DNA of 64,000 bases from Bacillales bacterium (lineage in GTDB: Bacteria; Bacillota_I; Bacilli_A; RF39; UBA660): contig JAEEKI010000016.1 in the NCBI GenBank assembly GCA_016282375.1, forward strand, positions 39,219 through 103,218, given 5' to 3'. Made by a program: the position numbers and the translations under genes. Numbering within the stretch: the first letter of the stretch is position 1; each line of letters begins with the position of its first letter. This document shows positions 28,269-37,214 of the stretch, piece after piece. The notes beneath the pieces are model-generated. The model made no database searches. It saw only the letters and a list, made by a program, of their open reading frames with translations, and was not told the origin of the DNA.

Positions 28269-28904
28269 TTATTTCTTTTTAATTGGATGCCTTATTACCG
28301 TCTTTAGTTTGCTTACATCACATTTTCTTGGATCACTTAAATATATTTCATGATGGTATCTTTTATCTGTTATATCTAATACATAACCACTTTCTTCCAT
28401 ATATTGGTGCATTAGCTCTATTGTAGCTGGTTCATCATCATAGGAACCTATGTGCATACATTGAACACATAATCCTTCATCATAAGTTAAGAATTCTACT
28501 CTTGAAAAATCTTGTTTTTTCTTTTTGGTAGTTTCCTCTATTGCCCAATCAAAATCTTTTTTAGTAACAAAATCTGGAAGTCTAATAATTGATATAAAAT
28601 GCATAGCACCTTTATTATTATAATCAATAGTACCTTTTAGTCCATCTTGCCACCAAAAACCTTCAAGTGGTGGGACAACATATTCAAAGAATCCATCTAT
28701 TTTATGTGCCCCTTTATAACTCATCTTTATTGTATAAGCAATGCCATATAGTAATCCAATAGTATTTTGATAATCACCATTTTCTTCATTTGGATTACCA
28801 TTACCTCTTATAGCAATATAATTCATTTTAGGTATTTCAACTATACTTGGTTTATTCTTAGGCATATAAAATTCCTTATATTCTTTTTTATAATCAAAAG
28901 CCAT
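28269..28904 (-). CDS. GyrI-like small-molecule-binding domain protein
   Basis: MAFDYKKEYKEFYMPKNKPSIVEIPKMNYIAIRGNGNPNEE... is the typical N-terminus of the GyrI-like/SOUL-type family; 211 aa. Confidence 0.65.
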   Translation of the reverse strand: MAFDYKKEYKEFYMPKNKPSIVEIPKMNYIAIRGNGNPNEENGDYQNTIGLLYGIAYTIKMSYKGAHKIDGFFEYVVPPLEGFWWQDGLKGTIDYNNKGAMHFISIIRLPDFVTKKDFDWAIEETTKKKKQDFSRVEFLTYDEGLCVQCMHIGSYDDEPATIELMHQYMEESGYVLDITDKRYHHEIYLSDPRKCDVSKLKTVIRHPIKKK

Positions 28905-28909
28905 AATTC

Positions 28910-28945
28910 TTATCTCCTTTCAAGAATCGTGACACTTTCGCAATG
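28910..28945 (-). repeat. direct repeat of the rlmD 3' end (att-like copy 2)
   Basis: The minus strand reads CATTGCGAAAGTGTCACGATTCTTGAAAGGAGATAA (HCESVTILERR*), against the true gene end CATTGCGAGAGTGTCTGTGTATTAGAAAGGAGATAA. Confidence 0.8.
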
Positions 28946-29008
28946 GCTAGACCGTGGGTTTTTGACATATCAAAAATGTTATACTAAATACTTTTAATTG
29001 CAAATATA

Positions 29009-29893
29009 TTATACCATTATACTTAAGATGTTTTCCAATATCTTTTCAACTTCTTCTTTGTTTTCTATTTCATTTATAGCGAAACATTTCTTTCCAAGAT
29101 CTTTAAATGAAGCTCCTGAATGGAATACTTTTTTTCTATCGGTAATAATAAATCTATCGTGATAAGAATTATTATTTACAAAAGTTACATTATTATATTG
29201 TTTTAAATACTTGTTTTTCAAATTATCATTTATATTTGATGAAATAATTATTACTTTCTTATTAATAGTCTTTAATTCATCAAGTATTTCTTTTCCAGCA
29301 TAATTATCAATTATTATTATTTCATCTTTTGATAAATTAAATATTTCTAATAGTACTGAATAAGCATCATATATATCTCCTTTAAAGAAGATAGAATCTC
29401 TAGTTATTTCTTTTGGGTTAAATTTATCAAATAATTCATCTATTCTTTTAGTATTTTCATCTACTTTATCTTCAAGAAGTAAAAATCTTCTTGGCAATAC
29501 GTTCTTATTATAGTTTATATAATGCCTCATTTTAACAAAAGTATCCATTATTCTTATGCTAACCTCTGTTGCAACTTTAGACTTTAATATTGTTGCAAGC
29601 ATATAAACACCTTGTTCGGTAAATACTCTAGCGCCATATTTAATGTTTGAACCTCGCTTAATATTCAAGGTCGAAATTTTCGACCTTGAAACTTTTGCAG
29701 TTTCATCTATAGTCAACATCCAACTAAATCTAAAAGGGAATTTATCAGGATTATTCTTAACTGCTTCATTAATTCTTTTTGTTTCAACTTGATATAATTT
29801 TGCTAAATCAGAATCTAGCATTACCTCATTCCCATCAATTTCATAAATCATCTCTTCAATATTAATAATATTTTTTTCTATTATTTCGTTCAT
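29009..29893 (-). CDS. ORF6N (KilA-N-like) domain protein with a C-terminal HxR..D..GAS (PLD-like?) region
   Basis: VMLDSDLAKLYQVETKRINEAVKNNPDKFPFRFSWMLT matches the ORF6N DNA-binding domain. The C-terminus carries YHDRFIITDRKKVFHSGASFKD. Confidence 0.7.
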   Translation of the reverse strand: MNEIIEKNIINIEEMIYEIDGNEVMLDSDLAKLYQVETKRINEAVKNNPDKFPFRFSWMLTIDETAKVSRSKISTLNIKRGSNIKYGARVFTEQGVYMLATILKSKVATEVSIRIMDTFVKMRHYINYNKNVLPRRFLLLEDKVDENTKRIDELFDKFNPKEITRDSIFFKGDIYDAYSVLLEIFNLSKDEIIIIDNYAGKEILDELKTINKKVIIISSNINDNLKNKYLKQYNNVTFVNNNSYHDRFIITDRKKVFHSGASFKDLGKKCFAINEIENKEEVEKILENILSIMV

Positions 29894-30100
29894 ATAATCA
29901 ACCTCCCTTTAAACGAAAAAGGAGATGACTAGAAAGTCATCTCCGAATAGATATAATTTTACTTGCCCCAATTATAAATTATCGAATAAATTGTCCACAC
30001 CAACACTTGGCAAGTAATTGATGTATCATAAATATAACATAATGATTCTATAAAATCAATCAGACAAATCAATTCATTCGATTAATTTGTTGGTTATTTG

Positions 30101-30238
30101 CTATCTCAATTGTTTTGTATTTATATGTCTTGCACTTGTTACTACTTTTTTACATTCATCATTAAATGAATAGGCATCGTCTAATTGATGATATAAGGTA
30201 CCACTTGGAAATTCACTTATCTTCCTAAATTCTATCAT
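30101..30238 (-). pseudogene. 45-codon ORF, probably the N-terminal stub of a larger gene (GNAT-like beginning?)
   Basis: MIEFRKISEFPSGTLYHQLDDAYSFNDECKK... starts in a TAATG overlap with att-like copy 1 and stops after 45 codons. It resembles the start of ~180-aa acetyltransferases, which is a weak recollection. Confidence 0.3.
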
Positions 30239-30276
30239 TATTTTCTCTTCTCAAGAATTGTTACTACCTCGCAATG
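30238..30276 (-). repeat. direct repeat of the rlmD 3' end (att-like copy 1, more diverged)
   Basis: The minus strand reads CATTGCGAGGTAGTAACAATTCTTGAGAAGAGAAAATAA (HCEVVTILEKRK*). Confidence 0.75.
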
Positions 30277-30382
30277 GGTTGTATCAGTGTCAGTGCTAAG
30301 TGCTCTATCCTTGTTTCAGTATCAGGAATATTTCCTAGTTATGAAACTCCCCTAGTTGTTTGCATATTAGTGCTAAGTCATA

Positions 30383-30805
30383 TTATTTAATTAGTTCTAA
30401 ATTACCATCAATAATAATTGGACCAAAGCCTTCTATCTCATCATATAACATTCCTTCCGGAATATCATTATATAAATATATTTCCTTTCCTAATCTAAAC
30501 GCATCATACATTTCTAAAAACGTTGCTCCACCTATATAATTTTTAAGAATTTTTCCATCTTTTTCTTTATCTAAGTTTAATACTAAAACTGCATCCATTT
30601 TTGATATTGTATTCTCACTCTGTTTATACATTTTAGCTTTAAATTTTTGATGTTCTTTTACACCTAAATCCCATGCTTTTTGTTCAGCTGTTGGATCATC
30701 ATAACAATTTGGTAAAAATATTCTATTACCTCTTTTTTCTAATTCTTGTTTTACCTCTTCTATTTTTGAATAAAACTTTTTACTACATATTACTAATATT
30801 TTCAT
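30383..30805 (-). CDS. nucleoside 2-deoxyribosyltransferase-like fold protein (tentative)
   Basis: 140 aa. MKILVICS..., DAVLVLN and GGATFLEMYDAFRLGKEIYLY resemble the Rossmann-like NDT/DUF4406 pattern. The start lies 3 nt after the rlmD stop and uses the AAGGAG inside the rlmD end. Confidence 0.4.
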   Translation of the reverse strand: MKILVICSKKFYSKIEEVKQELEKRGNRIFLPNCYDDPTAEQKAWDLGVKEHQKFKAKMYKQSENTISKMDAVLVLNLDKEKDGKILKNYIGGATFLEMYDAFRLGKEIYLYNDIPEGMLYDEIEGFGPIIIDGNLELIK

Positions 30806-30808
30806 ATA

Positions 30809-32005
30809 TTATCTCCTTTCTAATACACAGACACTCTCGCAATGGTATGTATAACTAAACATATCTAAAATATAAATCTTTTTTACATCATAATTTGTAT
30901 TTAAAGATTTTAAATCTTCAGAAAGTTTTTGAGTTTCACAAGAAATATAAATAATATTACTAGGTTTAATTTCTAAAATTTTATTAATTGTTTTTTGATC
31001 TAATCCTTTTCTTGGAGGATCTATAATAACAGTATCAATCTCGTCCTTGATAAGATTTATTTTGTCTTCAACTTTACCTAAAATAAAATCAACATTATCA
31101 CATTTATTCATCTTAGCATTTTTTAAAGCATTAACTACTGCATTAGGAATAATTTCAATACCGTATACTTTCTTCGCATTTTGACTAGCGACAATAGAAA
31201 GTGTTCCTACACCACAGTATAAATCTAAAACATTTTTACCTTTAACATTATCTTTGATTATTTCAAATAACTTACTGTTTATAAAGGGATTAACTTGAAA
31301 AAAAGCATCATAAGTTACTTCGAAAAAAGTATTGTTAATAATATCAATAAACTTATTATCACCGTAAATACATTTATCATTTAAAATAATTCCAGCTACT
31401 TTTTTATCTGGATAATCTTCTTTATTTAAATTAATATTATCATCTGTTTTGATTGATACAAGTAATTCATCATTATAATTACACCTGATTGTTACCTCAC
31501 CATTCCTAATATTCATATTTTTTAAATCAGGAAGAAAGTTATTAATGCATTCTTTAGTAATTCGACAATTATCTATTTCAATAATGTCATGAGTTCCTTC
31601 TTCATAAAAGCCAATTAAACTATCTTTAATTTTTAATTCTATTTTATTGCGATAGTTTTTAGGATTATCATTAGAAATAACTTCAATATCTTCATCAATA
31701 CCAGCTCTATTTAGAATATTTTTTACACGATCAACTTTATAATTGAGAGTATCTTCATAAATCATGTTTTGTAAATGACAACCACCACATTGATAATAAT
31801 ATGGGCAAAAAGCTGATAAGGCTTCATGATTTCTTGAAACAAACTTCTTAGGTTTAGCCTTAACAAAAGAATTGGTCTCTTTAACTATGTCAAAAATAAC
31901 AGTATCACCAGGAATAGACTTGCTAACAAAAATAGTTTTACCATCTATAAAACCAATACCATTACCCATATGATCCATTTTTTCAATTTCTACAACGTTT
32001 TTCAT
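30809..32005 (-). CDS. rlmD: 23S rRNA (uracil-C5)-methyltransferase, RlmD/RumA family
   Basis: N-terminal TRAM domain, a CPYYYQCGGCHLQ Fe-S cysteine cluster, the SAM-binding motif VLDLYCGVGT, and the C-terminal IYISCET...HCESVCVLERR. Confidence 0.9.
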   Translation of the reverse strand: MKNVVEIEKMDHMGNGIGFIDGKTIFVSKSIPGDTVIFDIVKETNSFVKAKPKKFVSRNHEALSAFCPYYYQCGGCHLQNMIYEDTLNYKVDRVKNILNRAGIDEDIEVISNDNPKNYRNKIELKIKDSLIGFYEEGTHDIIEIDNCRITKECINNFLPDLKNMNIRNGEVTIRCNYNDELLVSIKTDDNINLNKEDYPDKKVAGIILNDKCIYGDNKFIDIINNTFFEVTYDAFFQVNPFINSKLFEIIKDNVKGKNVLDLYCGVGTLSIVASQNAKKVYGIEIIPNAVVNALKNAKMNKCDNVDFILGKVEDKINLIKDEIDTVIIDPPRKGLDQKTINKILEIKPSNIIYISCETQKLSEDLKSLNTNYDVKKIYILDMFSYTYHCESVCVLERR

Positions 32006-32041
32006 AAGAATATTATACTAAATAACATAAATAATTAGCAA

Positions 32042-33451
32042 ATGTTAAATACTATGAATATGAATAGTTATATCAAAAGAATCAAAAAAGAATTTAAAGA
32101 AAATCCAGATTTAATAGTTAAAGAATTAAAAATAAATCTTTTAAAGAAAGTATATGTCATATTTTTAGATACCTTATGCAGCCAAGATAAAATAAATAAT
32201 TATATCTTAAAAAGACTAACAAGTATTAAAAAAAGTTTTCAAGTAGAAAATACTATCCCTGGAAGTAATATCGTTAAATTAACAAATCATGATGAAATTG
32301 AATGCTATTTATATAACGGCTTTACAATTATTATCCAAGAAAAAGAAATATATGCTATTGAAACTAAAGTAGATATTAATCGTAGTGTATCGACCAATGA
32401 AACAGAAACTTCTTTAAAAGGTCCTAAGGAAGCATTTACCGAAAATTATCAAACAAATATTGGTTTAATCAAAAAAAGAATTAAGAATCATCATTTAAAG
32501 ATTAAGAATGTCAATTTAGGAAGATTAAGTAATACCAATATTGGTCTATTATATATCGATAACATTACTAAAGAAAAGATAGTTAATGATACTTACCATA
32601 GACTTAGTAAAATAGATATTGACCTAATTAATGATTCTTTTGATTTATACCCCTTTTTATCTAAGAAAAGTATTTTTCCAACGATTATTTCAACAGAAAG
32701 ACCAGATCGCTGTGCAGATGCTCTTAGTAATGGAAAGATAGTCATCATTTGTGATGGTTCCCCGAATGCGCTAATCATTCCTGGTTTTCTTGTCGATTTT
32801 CTTCATCCATACGTAGATAAATATAATAAAAGTAGCAATATAAATTTCACCAAAGTAATTCGTTTATTATGTTTCTTTTTGTCAATTATCGTTCCAGCTT
32901 TTTACATCGCGATTATTAATTACAATCAGGAAGCTATTCCATCAAGTTTAATCATTAATTTTGCCATTCAACGAAATAACATTCCCTTTCCCGCGGTTAT
33001 TGAATGTCTTGTGATGCTTATCATCTGTGAAATATTAAGAGAAAGTGATTTGCGATTTCCAACAAAATATGGTTCGGCTGTTTCTGTTTTAGGAGCGCTT
33101 TTAATTGGTGAAGCCTCCGTTAGTGCGGGCCTAGTTACTCCCATTATGATTATTATTACGGCATTCACTTATATATCTTCCCTATTATTTACCGAAATTG
33201 AACTTGGAAATGCCATTCGAACATATCGCTTTATTTTTCTTTTGTTAAGTGCCTTTTTTGGGTTATATGGACTCATGATAGCATTTATCTTTTTTATTTT
33301 TAATTTATGTGACACGCAAAGTTTTCACTATTCTTACACCTTCCCAGTTTCCCCTTTTGATAAGAATTACTTTGATAGTGTATTTTTCAAAATCCATAAT
33401 CGCTTTCGAAGCAAACGTTTAACAAAAAATATTGTAAAGGAAAAAGTATGA
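32042..33451 (+). CDS. spore germination receptor A subunit (GerA/GerK family)
   Basis: IPFPAVIECLVMLIICEILRESDLRFPTKYGSAVSVLGALLIGEASVSAGLVTP is the conserved GerA-family membrane core. The operon order A-C-B matches gerK. Confidence 0.88.
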   Translation: MLNTMNMNSYIKRIKKEFKENPDLIVKELKINLLKKVYVIFLDTLCSQDKINNYILKRLTSIKKSFQVENTIPGSNIVKLTNHDEIECYLYNGFTIIIQEKEIYAIETKVDINRSVSTNETETSLKGPKEAFTENYQTNIGLIKKRIKNHHLKIKNVNLGRLSNTNIGLLYIDNITKEKIVNDTYHRLSKIDIDLINDSFDLYPFLSKKSIFPTIISTERPDRCADALSNGKIVIICDGSPNALIIPGFLVDFLHPYVDKYNKSSNINFTKVIRLLCFFLSIIVPAFYIAIINYNQEAIPSSLIINFAIQRNNIPFPAVIECLVMLIICEILRESDLRFPTKYGSAVSVLGALLIGEASVSAGLVTPIMIIITAFTYISSLLFTEIELGNAIRTYRFIFLLLSAFFGLYGLMIAFIFFIFNLCDTQSFHYSYTFPVSPFDKNYFDSVFFKIHNRFRSKRLTKNIVKEKV

Positions 33452-34491
33452 AAAAATATTTTTTAATAGTAATTCTTTTGTTATTAACAGGCTGTTATGA
33501 CTACGTTGAAATCAATGACTTAGGCTTTATTTCTGCCGTGGGAATTGACTATCAAGATGGGTTTTATAATGGTGTTTTTGAATTAATAAAAACCGAAGAA
33601 ATCCAAGACAGCCAATCAATAATGATTAATGCTACAGGTCAAACAATCAATGATTTGTTTGAAAATCTTACTTTAAAAATAACAAAAAGCCCTTATTATC
33701 ATCATTTAAAAACAGTTGTCATATCAAAAGAAGTTGCCCAAAATCATTTAAAAGAACTAGCAGACTATCTTATACGAAGTCCCAAAATTAGAAATGAGTT
33801 TTATTTAGTTATTCTCGAAGATAGTAATCTACCCGACGTATTCCAAGAGGAAGTTGGACAAAAAATAGTTAGTTTAATCAAAACAAGTAATAAGCAAATT
33901 AACGTTGTTTTTAATAAATCATTCGAAGATATTTTAGAAAAGTTATTAAATGATAAAATAGAGGCTACCGCTACCGTAATTGGTTTTCAAGATGACCATT
34001 TCATTTTAAAAGGTATTGGTTTATTCAAAAATTATCAGTATATAACTTATCTTGATACAAGTAAATCATCATTACTTAATATTTTGAATAATGAAGATGC
34101 TAAGTATCCTATTAAACTAGAATATGATAAAAAATTAATCGAACTAGAATTATATAATACCAAAGTTAAATATTTATTTAATCATAATCAAACAACAATT
34201 CATATTAATGCTGAAGCTAAAATATTGGAAAATACAACAAATCTGGATTTAAGAGACCATCAAATATATGAGCAATTAGAAAATGATGCCATTAATATCT
34301 TAAATAAAGACATGAATGATTTATTAAACTACTTAAAAAAAGAAAATATAGATGTAATAGGTTTAAATGATAAACAATTTAAGAAATCAAGGAAGAATAA
34401 CCCTCAGTATTTAATTAATACAAATATTAAAATTGATATTACTATAAAAATAAATTGGAAAGGAACAATATTTCAAATAGACAATGAATAA
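33448..34491 (+). CDS. spore germination receptor C subunit lipoprotein (Ger(x)C family)
   Basis: The lipobox LLLTGCYDYVEINDLGFISAVGID is typical of Ger(x)C. Overlaps the upstream gene by 4 nt. Confidence 0.85.
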   Translation: MKKYFLIVILLLLTGCYDYVEINDLGFISAVGIDYQDGFYNGVFELIKTEEIQDSQSIMINATGQTINDLFENLTLKITKSPYYHHLKTVVISKEVAQNHLKELADYLIRSPKIRNEFYLVILEDSNLPDVFQEEVGQKIVSLIKTSNKQINVVFNKSFEDILEKLLNDKIEATATVIGFQDDHFILKGIGLFKNYQYITYLDTSKSSLLNILNNEDAKYPIKLEYDKKLIELELYNTKVKYLFNHNQTTIHINAEAKILENTTNLDLRDHQIYEQLENDAINILNKDMNDLLNYLKKENIDVIGLNDKQFKKSRKNNPQYLINTNIKIDITIKINWKGTIFQIDNE

Positions 34492-35437
34492 AGAACACTT
34501 AAGCTTAACTTATTTTATATCGAGACCTTTTTTCTTTGGTATTATTTATTCACAGTTATTTAACCTATCTGGTAATGATAGTCTAATATCTTGTGTAATA
34601 GGTACTCTACTTGGATTCATCATATTATATTTAATATCCAAGATGAATTTTGATAATCATCAAACTATTCAATTGCTTTTTTATCTTTTTTTGTTAATAC
34701 TAGCATTATGCTCTATCGAAACTTATGTATCATCTTTTCTATTAGTCAAAACGCCCAAAATTATTATCATTATACCGGCCATCATGTTGGTTAGTTATGT
34801 CAGTTTTAAAGATACTAATTCTCTTAAAAAATGTGCTTTTATCTTTTTTATAATAAGCACTTTTTCATTATTAATTGTTTCCTTACTATTAAGTAGTTAT
34901 CTAAATATTAGTAATGTTCTACCCTTCTTTACGACCGAATCTTTGGGGATTTTAAAAGGATCAGTTATTTTTGCTATCATGTCTTGTGTACCTAATATTC
35001 TTTTGAAAGAGGAAAATATGCCATTAAAAAAACAAATAATATATTACTTAATGGTTTCATTAATTAATACCTTAATCTGCTTTTTAACCCTAGCTGCTTT
35101 AACACCAAATGTAGCCAAGATATATAGTTATCCTGAATATATGGTTTTAAAAAGAATTAAACTATTATCATTTATCGAAAATGTTGAAAACATCAGTGTC
35201 TTAATATGGTATTTTGATTTTTTTTTCTTACTAGTTTTTATCTTTAAAAGATTGTTTAATCTTATCAAAAAAAGAGTTGTCTTTGGCATAATTATTGCCC
35301 TAACAACTCTTTTGACAACTTTTTATATTGCTAACAATTACTATTTAACCATTTGGCTATATACTTATTGTCCTTTGATAATGTTGGTATTTTTCCTACT
35401 ATTCTTAACGACTATATCCAGCGAGAAACATAAATAA
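34484..35437 (+). CDS. spore germination receptor B subunit (APC-type permease-like), short
   Basis: About 9-10 TM segments, in the third position of the operon, overlapping the C-subunit gene by 8 nt. Confidence 0.65.
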   Translation: MNKEHLSLTYFISRPFFFGIIYSQLFNLSGNDSLISCVIGTLLGFIILYLISKMNFDNHQTIQLLFYLFLLILALCSIETYVSSFLLVKTPKIIIIIPAIMLVSYVSFKDTNSLKKCAFIFFIISTFSLLIVSLLLSSYLNISNVLPFFTTESLGILKGSVIFAIMSCVPNILLKEENMPLKKQIIYYLMVSLINTLICFLTLAALTPNVAKIYSYPEYMVLKRIKLLSFIENVENISVLIWYFDFFFLLVFIFKRLFNLIKKRVVFGIIIALTTLLTTFYIANNYYLTIWLYTYCPLIMLVFFLLFLTTISSEKHK

Positions 35438-35780
35438 CCCTAGTTGTAAAATCTTCATAATTAGCAAATACTTTAATAATTAAATCAATAAAAAACTTAA
35501 TAATATCAGGACAATCATTTTTGACCTCAGTATTATTGATTTGTCTTTGTACTTCCTTCCTAAACAAATAATCATTAATATATTTATTAACGGCAGCATC
35601 TAACTCTTTTACTTCGTTAACTTCTTCTTCATTATAGATATCTATTTTAAAAATATATTCATGATACATTTTAATAATCTTTTGGGTTATTTCATCATCC
35701 GCCAGAGGATTAAAACCAATTATTTGATAGTAATTAGGACAATACTTTAATATTTGTTTATTTTCACTCATTTTAACCAC
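35412..35780 (-). CDS. hypothetical protein
   Basis: 122-aa ORF convergent with the ger operon. No family recognised. Confidence 0.45.
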   Translation of the reverse strand: MVKMSENKQILKYCPNYYQIIGFNPLADDEITQKIIKMYHEYIFKIDIYNEEEVNEVKELDAAVNKYINDYLFRKEVQRQINNTEVKNDCPDIIKFFIDLIIKVFANYEDFTTRVIYVSRWI

Positions 35781-35886
35781 TATCCTGAATAAATAATATA
35801 ATACTTTAGCAATTTTGTAAAGATTTTTACTTAATTATTGCAGTTAATCATAAATAAAGATACAATTATCATAAGGAGCTATTTAA

Positions 35887-36840
35887 ATGAAAAAAAAGCA
35901 TTTAAAGTTAAAGAAAAAAGCTTGGTTTATTCTTTCTCTCATTATCTTTATCCCTATTGCTATTATATCTTTTATAAAAATAAAGCAAGACTATGAATAT
36001 AAAAAAACTTATGAATATCGTTTTTTAGAGCAAGATTATACTAAAGAAGAATATAATCTTTTAGCTAAATACTTTGATGACAATAAACTTGAAGATTTAT
36101 TAAACAAAGATAAAGATACATTATTACTTGATTTTCTTAAAAATGATAAATTTATAATTGACAATTTAGATCGCTATCTTAATTTTTATAATAAATATCG
36201 AGTTGGTGTCGATGAAGTTATTTTAAATGTTAACCTTAATCTTGATTATGATTGGTATGATGAAATAAGCGAAGTTGATACAAGCAAAGATATTTTAATG
36301 CTTGTTAATAAATATAATATTTTACCTGAAGATTATGAACCTGATGATTTGGTTAGTATTTCTGTGAAATATGCCTGGGGTTCTGGTAATACTATTCGTA
36401 AAGAAGCCTATGAGGCCTTTGTTAAAATGTGGGATGATGCTTATGATAAAGGAATATATTTAATTATTAATCTTGGTTATCGTTCGTATCAAGAACAAGA
36501 AGCCGTTTATAATCGGTTACTAAATGCTCGTAATCGTAAATATGCTGACAGTATTTCAGCCCGTCCTGGACATTCAGAACATCAAACAGGGCTTGCCCTC
36601 GATATTTTTGAAAAAAGCAATTCTAATACAGAAACTTTTAAGGATAGCGAGGCTTATGCATGGTTAAAAGATAATGCTTATAAATATGGATTTATTTTAA
36701 GATATACAAAAGAAAATGAAGGTATTACTGGTTTTAATGCTGAAGATTGGCATTATCGCTATGTTGGCATCAAAGCAGCCAAAGAAATTACTGAACAAAA
36801 CCTAACCTTTGAAGAATATTACTTTTATAACGTTAAATAG
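35887..36840 (+). CDS. membrane-anchored D-alanyl-D-alanine carboxypeptidase, VanY/M15B family
   Basis: N-terminal TM segment; the motifs GYRSYQEQ, SARPGHSEHQTGLALDI and EDWHYRYVG are the M15B zinc and active-site motifs. Confidence 0.85.
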   Translation: MKKKHLKLKKKAWFILSLIIFIPIAIISFIKIKQDYEYKKTYEYRFLEQDYTKEEYNLLAKYFDDNKLEDLLNKDKDTLLLDFLKNDKFIIDNLDRYLNFYNKYRVGVDEVILNVNLNLDYDWYDEISEVDTSKDILMLVNKYNILPEDYEPDDLVSISVKYAWGSGNTIRKEAYEAFVKMWDDAYDKGIYLIINLGYRSYQEQEAVYNRLLNARNRKYADSISARPGHSEHQTGLALDIFEKSNSNTETFKDSEAYAWLKDNAYKYGFILRYTKENEGITGFNAEDWHYRYVGIKAAKEITEQNLTFEEYYFYNVK

Positions 36841-36842
36841 TT

Positions 36843-37154
36843 TTATTTAACGTTTTTTGTTACCTCTAAAATCATGTCAAAATCATCATCTTGGGCCATG
36901 ATATTACGATGTATTTGACCACATTTATCACATTTATAAACGATTTTAAAAGTATCCTTATATTTATCTACTCCAATTGGTCTTAAGATACCGTGACAAG
37001 AATTTTGACGATCACCAGGATTAATATCGACATGTTTACTGCAAAGACAATATGGACAATGATCTCTGGCACTTACCTTTAAAGGCTGAACTTCTTTTTT
37101 ACAAACATCACAAATAAAGGGCTCATCAATCATTTTAAACTTTTTTAAATCCAT
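36843..37154 (-). CDS. RNHCP domain zinc-ribbon protein
   Basis: FICDVCKKEV...ARDHCPYCLCSKHVD...CHGILRPIG...YKCDKCGQ matches the RNHCP domain. The start is chosen at MDLKKFKM (37154). The track start at 37235 would overlap the sigK start. Confidence 0.65.
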   Translation of the reverse strand: MDLKKFKMIDEPFICDVCKKEVQPLKVSARDHCPYCLCSKHVDINPGDRQNSCHGILRPIGVDKYKDTFKIVYKCDKCGQIHRNIMAQDDDFDMILEVTKNVK

Positions 37155-37214
37155 ATTAATCACTTCTTTTAGTTTATCATAAAAATAGAAATAAGCGATA
37201 TATTTTATTAGGAT

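Noticed and set aside
29962-30017. 8-bp inverted repeat TACTTGCC...GGCAAGTA separated by about 38 nt in the cassette between the ORF6N gene and the stub ORF
   Set aside because: It is short and isolated and is not repeated at the other cassette boundary. An intrinsic terminator (GGAGATGACT...AGTCATCTCC, about 29922-29945) already explains the local structure. The evidence is too weak for a recombination site.
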